A stretch of DNA of 36,272 nt from a virus (Duplodnaviria > Caudoviricetes). The position numbers and the translations under genes are program-made. Positions 25,146 to 34,166 of this stretch are shown piece after piece (within the stretch, counting starts at the first letter, position 1; the number at the start of each line of letters is the position of its first letter). A model generated the notes under the pieces. It was not told the DNA's origin. It saw nothing but the letters and a program-made list of their open reading frames with translations, and searched no databases. Location of the stretch: the IMG/VR virus record IMGVR_UViG_3300044209_000010, positions 1 through 36,272 of that record, one strand, 5' to 3'.

Positions 25146-25361
25146 TCATCCCGCCGCCTCCATCAGCTTGCGTTTCGCCAATTCCAGCAGCCAGAGCACA
25201 TCACCGCCGTCCGCCAGGTTGGACGCGAAATAGAAATCTCCCGCCTCGTCCCAGCCGACCACGGCGAGGTCCTTCAGGCCGGCGTCCTTCAAAGCCTCGA
25301 TGACCCGCTCCGCCGGCAGGTCCAGCCGGGTAACGCATGGCAAGTTGACGATGTTGGTCAT
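25146..25361 (-). CDS. Hypothetical phage protein (71 aa)
   Basis: ATGA coupling; VVGWDEAGDFYFASN..LWLLELAK. Confidence 0.7.
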   Translation of the reverse strand: MTNIVNLPCVTRLDLPAERVIEALKDAGLKDLAVVGWDEAGDFYFASNLADGGDVLWLLELAKRKLMEAAG

Positions 25362-25729
25362 TCCGCCGCCTCCATCAGTTTTCCGATCCCCGGCACCCCT
25401 TCCGCCCGCAGCACGGCCTCGACTTCGTCCACGCTCCGGCAGACGTGGACGCGATGCCCCAGCGCCCGCAGCAGCCCATGCCAGACCGTCTGCGCCGGGG
25501 ACAGCCGCCCGGCCCCGGCTTTGAGTTCGATCCCAAACGACGCGCCGCCGGCCGCCCACACCAGCAAATCCGGCACCCCGGCCCGCACGCCCATCGCCCG
25601 GAACCGCCCCGCCTCGGAAGCATTCCGCCAGCCGCCGTTCGGGCAGTGGGCATAGCCGAGCAGGCCGCGCGCCTCGTACAGCCGCAGCAGATCGACCACG
25701 GCGCGCTGCAGCGCCTCCTCCGGCTTCAT
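25358..25729 (-). CDS. VRR-NUC domain nuclease
   Basis: E..LQ..HCPNGG..GVRAGVPDL..IELKAGAGRLSPAQ, a PD-(D/E)XK motif. Confidence 0.88.
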   Translation of the reverse strand: MKPEEALQRAVVDLLRLYEARGLLGYAHCPNGGWRNASEAGRFRAMGVRAGVPDLLVWAAGGASFGIELKAGAGRLSPAQTVWHGLLRALGHRVHVCRSVDEVEAVLRAEGVPGIGKLMEAAE

Positions 25730-25944
25730 GCCCCACCCCCCGCGTACTGCGTCGCCAGCTCGGCCCCCTTCGGCGTCAGCGCGCAGCGGGTCCGCTCCGG
25801 CCACCACGCCAGCCCGAGCCGCTCGGCGTCCTTCAGCGGGTTCCAGTGCTTGCCGCGCGGATCGACCCGGAACGCGGCGTTGCCGAAGTTGCGGAACGCG
25901 ATCACCGTCACGGCTTCCGCCTGCCGGCGTTGATCCGCCCTCAT
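25726..25944 (-). CDS. Hypothetical protein (72 aa)
   Basis: ATGA overlaps at both ends. Confidence 0.55.
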   Translation of the reverse strand: MRADQRRQAEAVTVIAFRNFGNAAFRVDPRGKHWNPLKDAERLGLAWWPERTRCALTPKGAELATQYAGGGA

Positions 25945-26234
25945 GCCACCCACCCGTCCATTTCCAGTTCCCGCAGAAGCGCCATGATCCGGTCGGGCAG
26001 AACGCCCGCCTTGCGCCGCGCCTTGCCGTGGTCGCGGAAGAACTCCGCCGCCTCGACCAGCAGGGCGACCATCTCCGGCACCCGGGCGCAGCGCGTCGCC
26101 AGCGCCGCCGTCAGCGGCGCCGGCAGTTCCGAGCCGGTGAAGTCGGCCACGATGCGCTGCGGCCGGTTCACGTCCACCAGCAGCAGGCGCTGGCCGATCA
26201 GCCGCGCCTCGTAGCGGTGCGGGTCGCGCATCAT
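25941..26234 (-). CDS. Hypothetical protein (97 aa)
   Basis: ATGA overlaps at both ends. Confidence 0.6.
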   Translation of the reverse strand: MMRDPHRYEARLIGQRLLLVDVNRPQRIVADFTGSELPAPLTAALATRCARVPEMVALLVEAAEFFRDHGKARRKAGVLPDRIMALLRELEMDGWVA

Positions 26235-26410
26235 GCCCCGCCCCCGTCCCCACTCATCGCGTTTGGCGCGGTTTTGCTCGCAGTCTGAGCTTCCCGAGCC
26301 ATCCGCTCGGCAATCGCCCTCTCCCAGGCGAAGAAGACGTTCGCCGCCGCCAGCGGCCCCATTGCCGCCGTCAGATCGGCCCGCATCGCTTTCAGGTCCT
26401 CGCTGGTCAC
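26231..26410 (-). CDS. Hypothetical protein (59 aa)
   Basis: GTGA overlap with the initiator stop. Confidence 0.5.
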   Translation of the reverse strand: MTSEDLKAMRADLTAAMGPLAAANVFFAWERAIAERMAREAQTASKTAPNAMSGDGGGA

Positions 26411-27366
26411 GCCGCGCCCTCCTTCAGGATTTCCGCAACGAGATGGGCAGGCGCTCGGCACCCCGGCTGCCCCGGCTCCACCCCCCACCTGCCTTCCCAC
26501 GGCCGCCCGTCTCGATAGCTGGCGAGGCGCAACGGCCAGCGCGGATCATCGTCGCCGTCAGGAATGTAGCCACCGGGGATGATGCGCAGCTTGGCAGACC
26601 CCGCCCTCTGTCGCTCCGCCAGCGTCGCGAAGATCCACGGAACCGGCTTGTCACGTTTCTCGGCAATCGTGGCGCTGATCACCTGCACGACCAGCGCGGC
26701 GCCGTACTGCTTCCGCCACGCCTTCATCAGCGCCCACACCGCACGCTCCTTCTGCCCGCTGATTTGCATCAGTGCAGGGATGAGCGCCCAAAGAATTTCC
26801 GAATGGTCTTCGGGTGCCTCGGGCACCGTAAGTCCTCTTGGACTTACGTTCTCTTCTATGACGGTTCCTGACGGTTCGGGTGACACCGTGTCACCTTTTA
26901 CGGACAGAGTGTCACCTTTTACGGCTTCAATGGGTGTCGCCGTGTCACCTTTTATTTGGTCAGTATCCGGGGACTTTTGCGCCGTTAGAGTTGTGATATC
27001 GACCGTTTCCCCGTTGATAAAAGGCGTCGCCGTGTCACCTTTTTTCTGATGTGTCGGGCTAGGCTTATACGGCGGCCCGGTTGCGATAAGCTCGGCCACC
27101 CTTTGCAGATCGATGTTGTAGTGGTTGGTGTTGCCGCGACCACACCCACGGCGGCCCTTGAGCCGCAGCACGCCCAAATCTTCCAGACGCTCGAAGCACC
27201 GGAGCACGGTACGGCGGGACAGGCAGCAGTCGATGGCAACCGTCTGCGCTGACGGGAAGATGCTGCTGCCATCATCGTGGGCATGGTCGGCAAGGTTCAT
27301 GAGGACCGACTTTTCAGCGGCTCCGACCCGGAGTTTTCGGCATTTATCGGCGACCGTGACGCTCAT
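26407..27366 (-). CDS. Replication initiator protein (N-terminal winged HTH, lambda O-like organisation)
   Basis: KSVLMNLADHA..FPSAQTVAIDCCLSRRTVLR HTH; internal iterons; adjacent to dnaB. Confidence 0.8.
   Translation of the reverse strand: MSVTVADKCRKLRVGAAEKSVLMNLADHAHDDGSSIFPSAQTVAIDCCLSRRTVLRCFERLEDLGVLRLKGRRGCGRGNTNHYNIDLQRVAELIATGPPYKPSPTHQKKGDTATPFINGETVDITTLTAQKSPDTDQIKGDTATPIEAVKGDTLSVKGDTVSPEPSGTVIEENVSPRGLTVPEAPEDHSEILWALIPALMQISGQKERAVWALMKAWRKQYGAALVVQVISATIAEKRDKPVPWIFATLAERQRAGSAKLRIIPGGYIPDGDDDPRWPLRLASYRDGRPWEGRWGVEPGQPGCRAPAHLVAEILKEGAA
26879..27043. repeat. Iteron-like repeats, putative replication origin
   Basis: GTGTCACCTTTT at 26888, 26909, 26942 and 27032; the first lies in the palindrome GGTGACAC-C-GTGTCACC; locally AT-richer. 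Confidence 0.75.
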
Positions 27367-28718
27367 GACCGGCCTCCTTCCAGATCAGTGAAGACCTGCC
27401 GCACGCCATTGAACCGCACGGTGTCGGTGCCAACCTCGCCCTGCCGGAACTTTGCCGTGATGATGTCGGCCTTGCCTCGGGCATCGTTGCGCCGCCGGTC
27501 CCAGTCGGCATATTTGCTCGGGTCCTCCGGTTCCTCCTTGGCGAGATAGTATTCCGCCCGGTACAGCAGCATGACGACATCGGCGTCCTGCTCAATCGAT
27601 CCGCTATCGCGCAGATCGGCCAGCCCCGGCCGCTTGTCGTCGCGGCTTTCCACGCCCCGGTTCAACTGCGCCAGCAGCACCACGGGGATGTTCAGTTCCT
27701 TCGACAGACGCTTCAGCCCGGTTGTGATCTGCTCGATCTGGTGGACCTTCTGGGCTTTCGGGTCGCTCGGCTGGATCAGCCCGAGGTAATCGATGATGAG
27801 CAGGTCCAGCCCGTCCCGCCGCTTGTCCCGGCGTGCTTCGGCGCGGATCGACGTAACCGTCTGTGTGTCTGACGCATCAATTGAAATCGGAAGCTCATCC
27901 AGCAGGTTGCCCGCGTCCGCCAGCCGGCGGAACATCGACATTGGAGCCCCCGCCTTAAGCTGCTCCTGTACGCTGATGCCGGTGAACTGGGCATAGAGCC
28001 GCTGGACAAGCTGTTCCTCGGACATTTCCAGGCTGACGATCTTGACCTTTTTGCCGGTCTTGGCGGCGCTGACCGCCAGCGTCAGGGCAAGAGCGGTCTT
28101 GCCCATGCCCGGTCGCCCTGCCGCGATGACCAGTTCGCTGTCGCGCAAGCCGCCCAGCCGCTTATCGATGGAAGCGATCCCGGTCGTGATGCCGCTCAGG
28201 CCGCCGCCGCTCTTATGGACGCGCTCGATCATCGCATCCGCCTTGCGGCGGGCATCGGCCATGGTGGAAGCCCGCTTCCGCCCGCTGCCGTGCTCCGCCA
28301 CCGAGTACAGCCGCGCTTCCGCCGCTTCCAGTATTTCGCGGCCGGAACGGGTCGGGTCGGCGTCGCAAGCATCCTTCTTCGTCACTTCGGCGAACTCGGC
28401 AACTTCACGCTTCAGCGCCAGATCGCGCAGCCCTTTGATGCAGTAGGCCGGGTTAATCCGCATGCGGCGATCCTGAAGATCGACCAGATAAGGCCGCAGA
28501 TCGTCGCCGACGATTTTCGCCAACCCTTCGGCTGTCAGCGCGGCACCATGCTCGGCGTGCGCGATAGCAGAAGCCCATATCTGTTGGTGCTTCAGGTCGT
28601 AGAAGTCTTCCGGCCGGATCGATTGCGCCAGTTCCTCGATCCGCGAGCGCGTATCGAAGATGGCGTCCCCCAAGAAGTTCTGTTCAAGCTCCAGATTGTA
28701 TGGGACGGGAATAGTCAT
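27363..28718 (-). CDS. dnaB: Replicative DNA helicase
   Basis: GRPGMGKT, SLEMS, IIDYLGL, QLNR..DLRDSGSIEQDAD, AKFRQG. Confidence 0.95.
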   Translation of the reverse strand: MTIPVPYNLELEQNFLGDAIFDTRSRIEELAQSIRPEDFYDLKHQQIWASAIAHAEHGAALTAEGLAKIVGDDLRPYLVDLQDRRMRINPAYCIKGLRDLALKREVAEFAEVTKKDACDADPTRSGREILEAAEARLYSVAEHGSGRKRASTMADARRKADAMIERVHKSGGGLSGITTGIASIDKRLGGLRDSELVIAAGRPGMGKTALALTLAVSAAKTGKKVKIVSLEMSEEQLVQRLYAQFTGISVQEQLKAGAPMSMFRRLADAGNLLDELPISIDASDTQTVTSIRAEARRDKRRDGLDLLIIDYLGLIQPSDPKAQKVHQIEQITTGLKRLSKELNIPVVLLAQLNRGVESRDDKRPGLADLRDSGSIEQDADVVMLLYRAEYYLAKEEPEDPSKYADWDRRRNDARGKADIITAKFRQGEVGTDTVRFNGVRQVFTDLEGGRS

Positions 28719-28932
28719 GCTGCTTAGCCCCCTGTCTGAGACGGGGTAAGCAAATCGCGGGCTTGAAAAGCGCCCACGGAATAGCGATCATGGAAACCGT
28801 GAGAGGTTTCATGTCGGCTTACCCCGATATGACCAGTATCCGAGGATCGGATACCAGCCGCCGCCAGTGTTGACGCACGGGCGGCGTTGCTGTTTGTAGG
28901 GTCCGCCGATCCGTGCGGCGGCGCAAGTCCAC

Positions 28933-29127
28933 TCATGGGTTAGTCCCCTTCGTTTTGTTGTTCATCGGATAGGTCCGGCGCGATGCGATCTCGCGGAGCA
29001 CCGCGCGGGCCAGGACCCAGCCGTGCTCGTCCAACTCGGTCAGGAAGCGGTCGATCTCGTCGCGCTTCATGCGGGCGAACAGCGCCATCTCGGCGTCGGT
29101 GAGTTGGATCGGGATCGCGCCGGCCAT
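28933..29127 (-). CDS. Hypothetical protein (64 aa)
   Basis: TGATG coupling to the rha stop. Confidence 0.6.
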   Translation of the reverse strand: MAGAIPIQLTDAEMALFARMKRDEIDRFLTELDEHGWVLARAVLREIASRRTYPMNNKTKGTNP

Positions 29128-30497
29128 CAGTGCACCGCCTCGCCGTCGCTCAAGCCGTCGTCGCGGCTCAGCCCCAGCACGCCCTGCCCGAGCACCGCCT
29201 GAACGCCGACGCCGAACGCCACCGCCAGCCGCGCCAGCCCCTTGGCCGTGACCAGCGGTTGGCTAACGATGAATTCGGTGCCGTCGCGGTGCGACAGGAC
29301 AACCGGCTTGTGGACGAACAGCCCGGCATCGATGTGCCTCTGGTAAGCCACCAGCCGGCCGTCTTCGCGGAACAGGGAGTCCAACTGCTCCAGCCGGCGC
29401 TTGAAGAAGTCCGGCCCGAAGCCGAGCGCCTTGGCCGCGCTGCGCAGGTTCATGGTCCCGGCTTTGTCGCTCAGACGATCAAGCGCGGCAGCCTTCGGCT
29501 CCAGCACCGACACCTGGGTTTCCAGCCGCTCGTTCTCGCCTGAGAGCGTCTGGATCTTCTCGGCATAGCCCACCGCGAGCTTCAGCAGCGTGTGCGGGTC
29601 CGCCAGCAGATCCTCGGCGCAGCCATAGCGCCGCACGCCATCGGGCACCGTCTTCAGCGCGGCTTCCATCTCCTCGAAGCGCTGGATGTAGCGAATGCGG
29701 AATTCCAGCGCCTTCGCCCCGGTGAAGCCCCCAACCGCCAGGGCGAACCCCGCTTTGGTCACCTCGAAGGCCGGCTGCTCCCTCCCGTGGCTGTCGGCGT
29801 AGGTGATCTCCCGAAAATTCGGGAGACCGAATTCCGGCTGGAGGGCGATGATCTCTCGAACCGACGCCAACACATGGTCGTGCCGCTTCCGGAAATACGC
29901 CGCGATGTCCATCGTCGTCGCGTAGACCCGCATACCGTCAGCATGGACGACCGGGTCATTCAGCGGCGGCGCATACTCTTCCAGCGCGGGCGGCATGGCG
30001 TGCAGGATCTTCGCCATCAGTTCCGGCGTCTCGGTCGCGCCCGAAACTTCGATGATGCGGCGGGCATGTTCCTCCGGCCCGCCGGGCTCCTTGCTCAGGT
30101 CGAGCACGACATTGTGATCATCCGGGATAATCGCCGGATCAAGGTCGAGCGGCTCCGCCTTCTCCCGCCGCTTCCGGCTCTGGTACTCGCACAGGTCGTA
30201 GGCGTCGAGGTACAGGACTTCGCAATCGCGCATGCCATGCATCTTGCGGCACATCGCCACGAAGCCTTCGCGGGTCATCCGGAAGCGCTCGAAGAGCTGC
30301 TTGTTGCGCGCCTGATAGGTGCCCGGCCGGAAGTTCTTCGCCGCGAACTCCGGCTCCTCGGCGATCACCTTGCGAACGGCGGTCAGAAAATTGTCATGCC
30401 TTGCCCGGCCGCAGAATTTGGCGATGTCGGTTGTCCAGGCCCATACCCTGCCATTGGGATGCTTGCGGACCTTCGGCTTGTTCGCGGGATCAGGCAT
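29127..30497 (-). CDS. rha: Antirepressor-like fusion: Rha-Rha-ANT (KilAC)
   Basis: Two Rha-like domains (DIAKFCGRARHDNFL; DIAAYFRKRHDHVL..GFTGAKALEFR) and a C-terminal LEPKA..AYQRHIDAGLF..VTAKGL. Confidence 0.85.
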   Translation of the reverse strand: MPDPANKPKVRKHPNGRVWAWTTDIAKFCGRARHDNFLTAVRKVIAEEPEFAAKNFRPGTYQARNKQLFERFRMTREGFVAMCRKMHGMRDCEVLYLDAYDLCEYQSRKRREKAEPLDLDPAIIPDDHNVVLDLSKEPGGPEEHARRIIEVSGATETPELMAKILHAMPPALEEYAPPLNDPVVHADGMRVYATTMDIAAYFRKRHDHVLASVREIIALQPEFGLPNFREITYADSHGREQPAFEVTKAGFALAVGGFTGAKALEFRIRYIQRFEEMEAALKTVPDGVRRYGCAEDLLADPHTLLKLAVGYAEKIQTLSGENERLETQVSVLEPKAAALDRLSDKAGTMNLRSAAKALGFGPDFFKRRLEQLDSLFREDGRLVAYQRHIDAGLFVHKPVVLSHRDGTEFIVSQPLVTAKGLARLAVAFGVGVQAVLGQGVLGLSRDDGLSDGEAVH

Positions 30498-30684
30498 CCG
30501 ACCCCCCTTCGGCCATGCGGGCCATGCGCGCGGCCGCCAGATCGATCACCGCGCACGGTTCCGGATCGTCACCGCCCATCGCGCACCGCGCGATCAGCGC
30601 CGCCCTGATCTCGGTCAGTTCGTCGGCCAGCGAAAAACTGAACGGTTGCGTTTCCTCGTAGAGCCAGAGCATTGCTTGCCTCAT
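30490..30684 (-). CDS. Hypothetical protein (64 aa)
   Basis: Coupled to neighbouring genes. Confidence 0.55.
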   Translation of the reverse strand: MRQAMLWLYEETQPFSFSLADELTEIRAALIARCAMGGDDPEPCAVIDLAAARMARMAEGGSDA

Positions 30685-30995
30685 TTGGCTGTTGCAGCGG
30701 ATTTACCGCTTTTGGTTGCGTCTTCGGCGGCGCGCTGGGCCTTGAACGCCCAATGCGCCGCGTACGAGCCGAGCACACGGCGGCGTTGCAGGGCCGGGAT
30801 GCGCTCGAATTCGAGCCGTGCGTCCTCCAGTTCAGCCCTGTCGCCGCTTTCGGCCAGCCAGAGCGCTTTGTATGCCGGCGCCGTCTTGCCCAGGTAGACC
30901 TGCACGAATGCCCGCAGCACGCGCAGCCGCGACACCATTTCGGGGTGCGATATGGCGGGGGAGAACGGTCCCCAATGGTCGCCTGTGCCGGTCAT
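30681..30995 (-). CDS. Hypothetical protein
   Basis: ATGA overlaps at both ends. Confidence 0.6.
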   Translation of the reverse strand: MTGTGDHWGPFSPAISHPEMVSRLRVLRAFVQVYLGKTAPAYKALWLAESGDRAELEDARLEFERIPALQRRRVLGSYAAHWAFKAQRAAEDATKSGKSAATAK

Positions 30996-31171
30996 GCCGG
31001 CCACCGTTCGGTGCCATCCAGGTTGCGGCCGATGTAGTCTTGCGCGGCGTCCTCAAGCTCGGCCAGCGCCGCCGAGCAGCCTTGGTCGAAGACCCAAACA
31101 ACGGCGGCCAGGATAAGCCGTTCGCGCGCGGACAGAGCCGGCGCGGCCTCAGTCTGTACAGGAGCAGTCAA
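30992..31171 (-). CDS. Hypothetical protein (59 aa)
   Basis: GGAGG RBS before TTG at 31171; start uncertain. Confidence 0.45.
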   Translation of the reverse strand: MTAPVQTEAAPALSARERLILAAVVWVFDQGCSAALAELEDAAQDYIGRNLDGTERWPA

Positions 31172-32030
31172 CCGACCCTCCGTCGTCCCCGAAGTAATCC
31201 GCGAAATCGCCCTGCGCCTGGACGGCGGCCAGCATCTGCGCATAGGACGGCCGATCCTTGCGGAACGTCGCCATTTCGGCTTTCCGCAGCGTCCCCGACG
31301 CCGCCGCGCCCATTTCCTGATCTATCCACCAGCGCGCCAGATCCGGCCGGCGCCGCATGATCCCGGCAAGGGTCGCGGCCGACTTGAGGTAACACAGATC
31401 GCAGTTGCCTTCGGGAGTGCTGCCGCCGACGTTTTCAAGCCGCAAATCGAAGGGCGATACGTCCCAATAAGCCTTGATGTCCCGCTTCGTAATCCCGGCC
31501 TCGGCCAGCGGCATGCACGGAATGCCGACGCTCTTGCCGTCCTTTCCGGAGGCGACGCGCCTGCGCTGCTTTTCCACCCGCCGCATTTCATCGGCCCGCA
31601 GCCCGACCACGCTTGTCCAGGCCGAATAGCCCAGGTGATGGCGCGCGTAAGCCTGAATACGCCTGATCTTGCCCTCAATCGTGCAGAACCGCATGGTCGG
31701 GTTCGGCAGCATCGAGCGCGCCTTGAAGATCGCCGCCAGCGGTTCGCCGTTCCTGCTCGCCGAGTTGTGCGACACGACCCCCGTCTTGTGCTCCGCCTCC
31801 GGGTCATACTCCAACCACGCGACAGGCACGTCCCAACGGGCGGAGCATTCCTGAACGAACTCCAGCGTCTCCGGCCGTTCCTTTCCGGTATTGGCGAACA
31901 CCACATGCCGGTCCCCCGGCAGTTTCCCGCCAAACGCGTCAAGGATCCGCCGCAGCATGTAAGCGCTCGTCCGCCCCCCCGAGAACGAAACGACCGACCG
32001 CGACGGGATCAAGTAGGGGTTGACTGTCAT
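31149..32030 (-). CDS. PAPS-reductase/PP-loop family protein
   Basis: VVSFSGGRTS PP-loop, FANTGKE, RFCT, GLRADE, GNCDLCYLK, terminal CSCTD. Confidence 0.85.
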   Translation of the reverse strand: MTVNPYLIPSRSVVSFSGGRTSAYMLRRILDAFGGKLPGDRHVVFANTGKERPETLEFVQECSARWDVPVAWLEYDPEAEHKTGVVSHNSASRNGEPLAAIFKARSMLPNPTMRFCTIEGKIRRIQAYARHHLGYSAWTSVVGLRADEMRRVEKQRRRVASGKDGKSVGIPCMPLAEAGITKRDIKAYWDVSPFDLRLENVGGSTPEGNCDLCYLKSAATLAGIMRRRPDLARWWIDQEMGAAASGTLRKAEMATFRKDRPSYAQMLAAVQAQGDFADYFGDDGGSVDCSCTD

Positions 32031-32049
32031 GGTTAACGCCTGTGGGTTG

Positions 32050-32093
32050 AAAAAAGGCTGCTCGGGTAACGGTGTGCTGAACCCCGAGCAGCC
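32050..32093 (-). terminator. Rho-independent terminator after recT
   Basis: 11-bp stem GGCTGCTCGGG/CCCGAGCAGCC followed by T6. Confidence 0.75.
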
Positions 32094-32103
32094 AGGAGGG
32101 AGG

Positions 32104-33066
32104 CTAGTGCTTCGGCGGAAGATCGCCGATCCGAGAGGTGTCGTCGCCATCGGGGTCCACGAAGCGCTGAACGAAGCCGTCGCCGTCCTCCGGCACAGGA
32201 TCAACCGCGTCGTCGGCCAGCAGCGCGTCGTCGGCCGCCTTGCGCAGCTCCGCCACCTGTTCGGCGAGGTCCGGCAGCTTGGCCGCGATGGTGTCGAGCA
32301 GCGCGTCGTTCATGGACACGATCTGCGGCCCGCCCTCGATGATCGCGTCGCCCATGAACACCAGCGCCTCGCGCAAGCCCTTCTTGGACCGCTCGAACTG
32401 GACCGGGTCCCAGCCGCCCGGCACGGCCACCTCCAGCGGCGGCTTAGGTGCGGTTTTCGCCAGCGGCGGCTTATCGGGAACCCGCTCGATCTGCTTCGCT
32501 TCCGGCGTCACGTCGCGCATCGGCGGCGCGTCGAATTCCTCCGGCGCGTAGATGCCGAGCATCACTTCCGGCACATGCCGCCGCGCCCAAACCCTGGCGC
32601 CGTGGTAGCTCAGTTGCTGGTCGGGCTGCGTCGTCCAGACCTTGTTGTTGGTCTTGGCATCCTTCAGCCGGACGCTGACGGTGCGCGGCTCGGTTTCCCC
32701 GGCCAGCGTGCCGCTGACGGTTACGGTGCGGTTTTCGCCGTCGCCGCTGTAGCTGTAGGACAGCCGGCTCTTCAGGTTGCCCAGGCTATGCACGACGGCG
32801 GCCGTCAACTTGCCCTCATACATGATCTTGCCGTGGATGAAGCTGGTGCCCTGCGCCACCGCGAACGGGTCCATCCGCCACAGCCGCGCTTGGTTCACGA
32901 TCAAAAAACAATCCGCTGGCGAGCCGCGCAGATGCTCCGGCACCATGCGCGCTTCGGACATCACGCGGGCGAGCTGCATCGCTTCCGTGATGCTGGTCGG
33001 CAGCAGCGGGCCGAGCGACTGCGCGGGAGGCTGATAGGCAACGACGTTGCTTGGTATCGCGGTCAT
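32104..33066 (-). CDS. recT: RecT/Red-beta-family single-strand annealing protein
   Basis: VPEHLRGSPADC..WRMDPFAVAQ..W..QPDQQLSY..RVWARRHVPEVMLGIYAPEE. Confidence 0.85.
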   Translation of the reverse strand: MTAIPSNVVAYQPPAQSLGPLLPTSITEAMQLARVMSEARMVPEHLRGSPADCFLIVNQARLWRMDPFAVAQGTSFIHGKIMYEGKLTAAVVHSLGNLKSRLSYSYSGDGENRTVTVSGTLAGETEPRTVSVRLKDAKTNNKVWTTQPDQQLSYHGARVWARRHVPEVMLGIYAPEEFDAPPMRDVTPEAKQIERVPDKPPLAKTAPKPPLEVAVPGGWDPVQFERSKKGLREALVFMGDAIIEGGPQIVSMNDALLDTIAAKLPDLAEQVAELRKAADDALLADDAVDPVPEDGDGFVQRFVDPDGDDTSRIGDLPPKH

Positions 33067-33068
33067 GC

Positions 33069-33506
33069 TCAAAACCCTCCGGCGCGCTGCCGCGCCCTGT
33101 AGTTGTCCCAGCGCGCCCCGGCGGCGTGGCGCTTGGCGCGGTATTGCTCGACGGTCGTGTTGTTGCGTGCCGCGCCCTGCGCATCGGTCGAGCGGATGAA
33201 CTCGGCCAGCGAGGCGATGACGTCCCGGTAATCGGCCGCCTCCCGCACCAGCGCCTCGCTTGCCAATTCGGCGAGATCGGCGCGCAGCCAGCACTCCCGG
33301 CTGTGCGTCGCCTGCACGCACCGGGCGATCACCGTCCCGTCCAGCGTCGCGAACTCCTTGACCGTGGCGCGACTTTCGCCGCCGGCCACCTGCTGCGCGC
33401 CCTCCGCCAACTCGACCCGCTTCGGCCGCATCAGCCGGCCGCCCGCCTTGGAGACGAAGCCGAAGCGGTGCGCCGCGTAGTAGGTGTCGTGATCGACGCT
33501 GATCAT
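33069..33506 (-). CDS. Hypothetical protein (145 aa)
   Basis: GGAGG RBS and ATGA coupling. Confidence 0.6.
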   Translation of the reverse strand: MISVDHDTYYAAHRFGFVSKAGGRLMRPKRVELAEGAQQVAGGESRATVKEFATLDGTVIARCVQATHSRECWLRADLAELASEALVREAADYRDVIASLAEFIRSTDAQGAARNNTTVEQYRAKRHAAGARWDNYRARQRAGGF

Positions 33507-33742
33507 GCCGCGTTCCTCCCGGCCGCATCTTCGTCGGCGCCAATCGGCGTCACGCCGTCGAGCCGGTCCGCCAGCATGCGGAATTCGTCGGCCAGCCGGC
33601 GCGCCCGTTGCGCCGCGAACGGTCGGCCCAGTTCCTCGAAAAGCTCGGCCGCCCAATCCCAGTTTTTTGCATCTATGCGCGGGAAGATCGCGTCGAAGGA
33701 CGAAGCGCGGCGCTCGATCATGTATGGATTTGTCATGCTCAA
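33503..33742 (-). CDS. Hypothetical protein
   Basis: Coupled ORF; GAGG RBS, ATG at 33736 is a possible start. Confidence 0.6.
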   Translation of the reverse strand: MSMTNPYMIERRASSFDAIFPRIDAKNWDWAAELFEELGRPFAAQRARRLADEFRMLADRLDGVTPIGADEDAAGRNAA

Positions 33743-33960
33743 TTCCTCACGCGCTGGATGGAAAGCGCCTCATGGCCCGGCGCGCGGAACCCGGCCGGCA
33801 GCGCCAGAAGGCTATCGACGCTCGGCAGCGGCGCGGGCGCGGAAACCTGCCGCTCGACCGCCGGGGGGCTGACGAGGGACACCACGTCATCGATGGACGG
33901 CAGGATCGGGCCGGGAAGCAGGATCAGCGACGCGGCGAAGTTCAGAAGCATGTCGTTCAT
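33739..33960 (-). CDS. Hypothetical protein (73 aa, hydrophobic N-terminus)
   Basis: GAGG RBS; first gene after the AT-rich control region. Confidence 0.5.
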   Translation of the reverse strand: MNDMLLNFAASLILLPGPILPSIDDVVSLVSPPAVERQVSAPAPLPSVDSLLALPAGFRAPGHEALSIQRVRN

Positions 33961-34166
33961 GGGGAAACCTCGGTATGGGGTTGCCCCGCCGTGAAAATAC
34001 TCACATATTTGGTAGTGCGACGTACCAGACTATGGGTTTCTCCCAGCGGATTGAGGAAATCATAACCTCGTTCGTTGGGGGAAATCAACATTGAATTGCG
34101 ATTTTTTATCGTTATAATGCGAATTAGATGAACCGCACGGCCATCACGGAAGGACGGAGAGACGGA
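33961..34166. promoter_or_regulatory. AT-rich divergent promoter region
   Basis: Plus strand TTGAAT-N16-TATAAT (about 34091-34118); minus strand TTGATT-N18-TATGAT (about 34088-34059); imperfect palindromes GAGG..CCTC and CGAT..ATCG. Confidence 0.65.
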
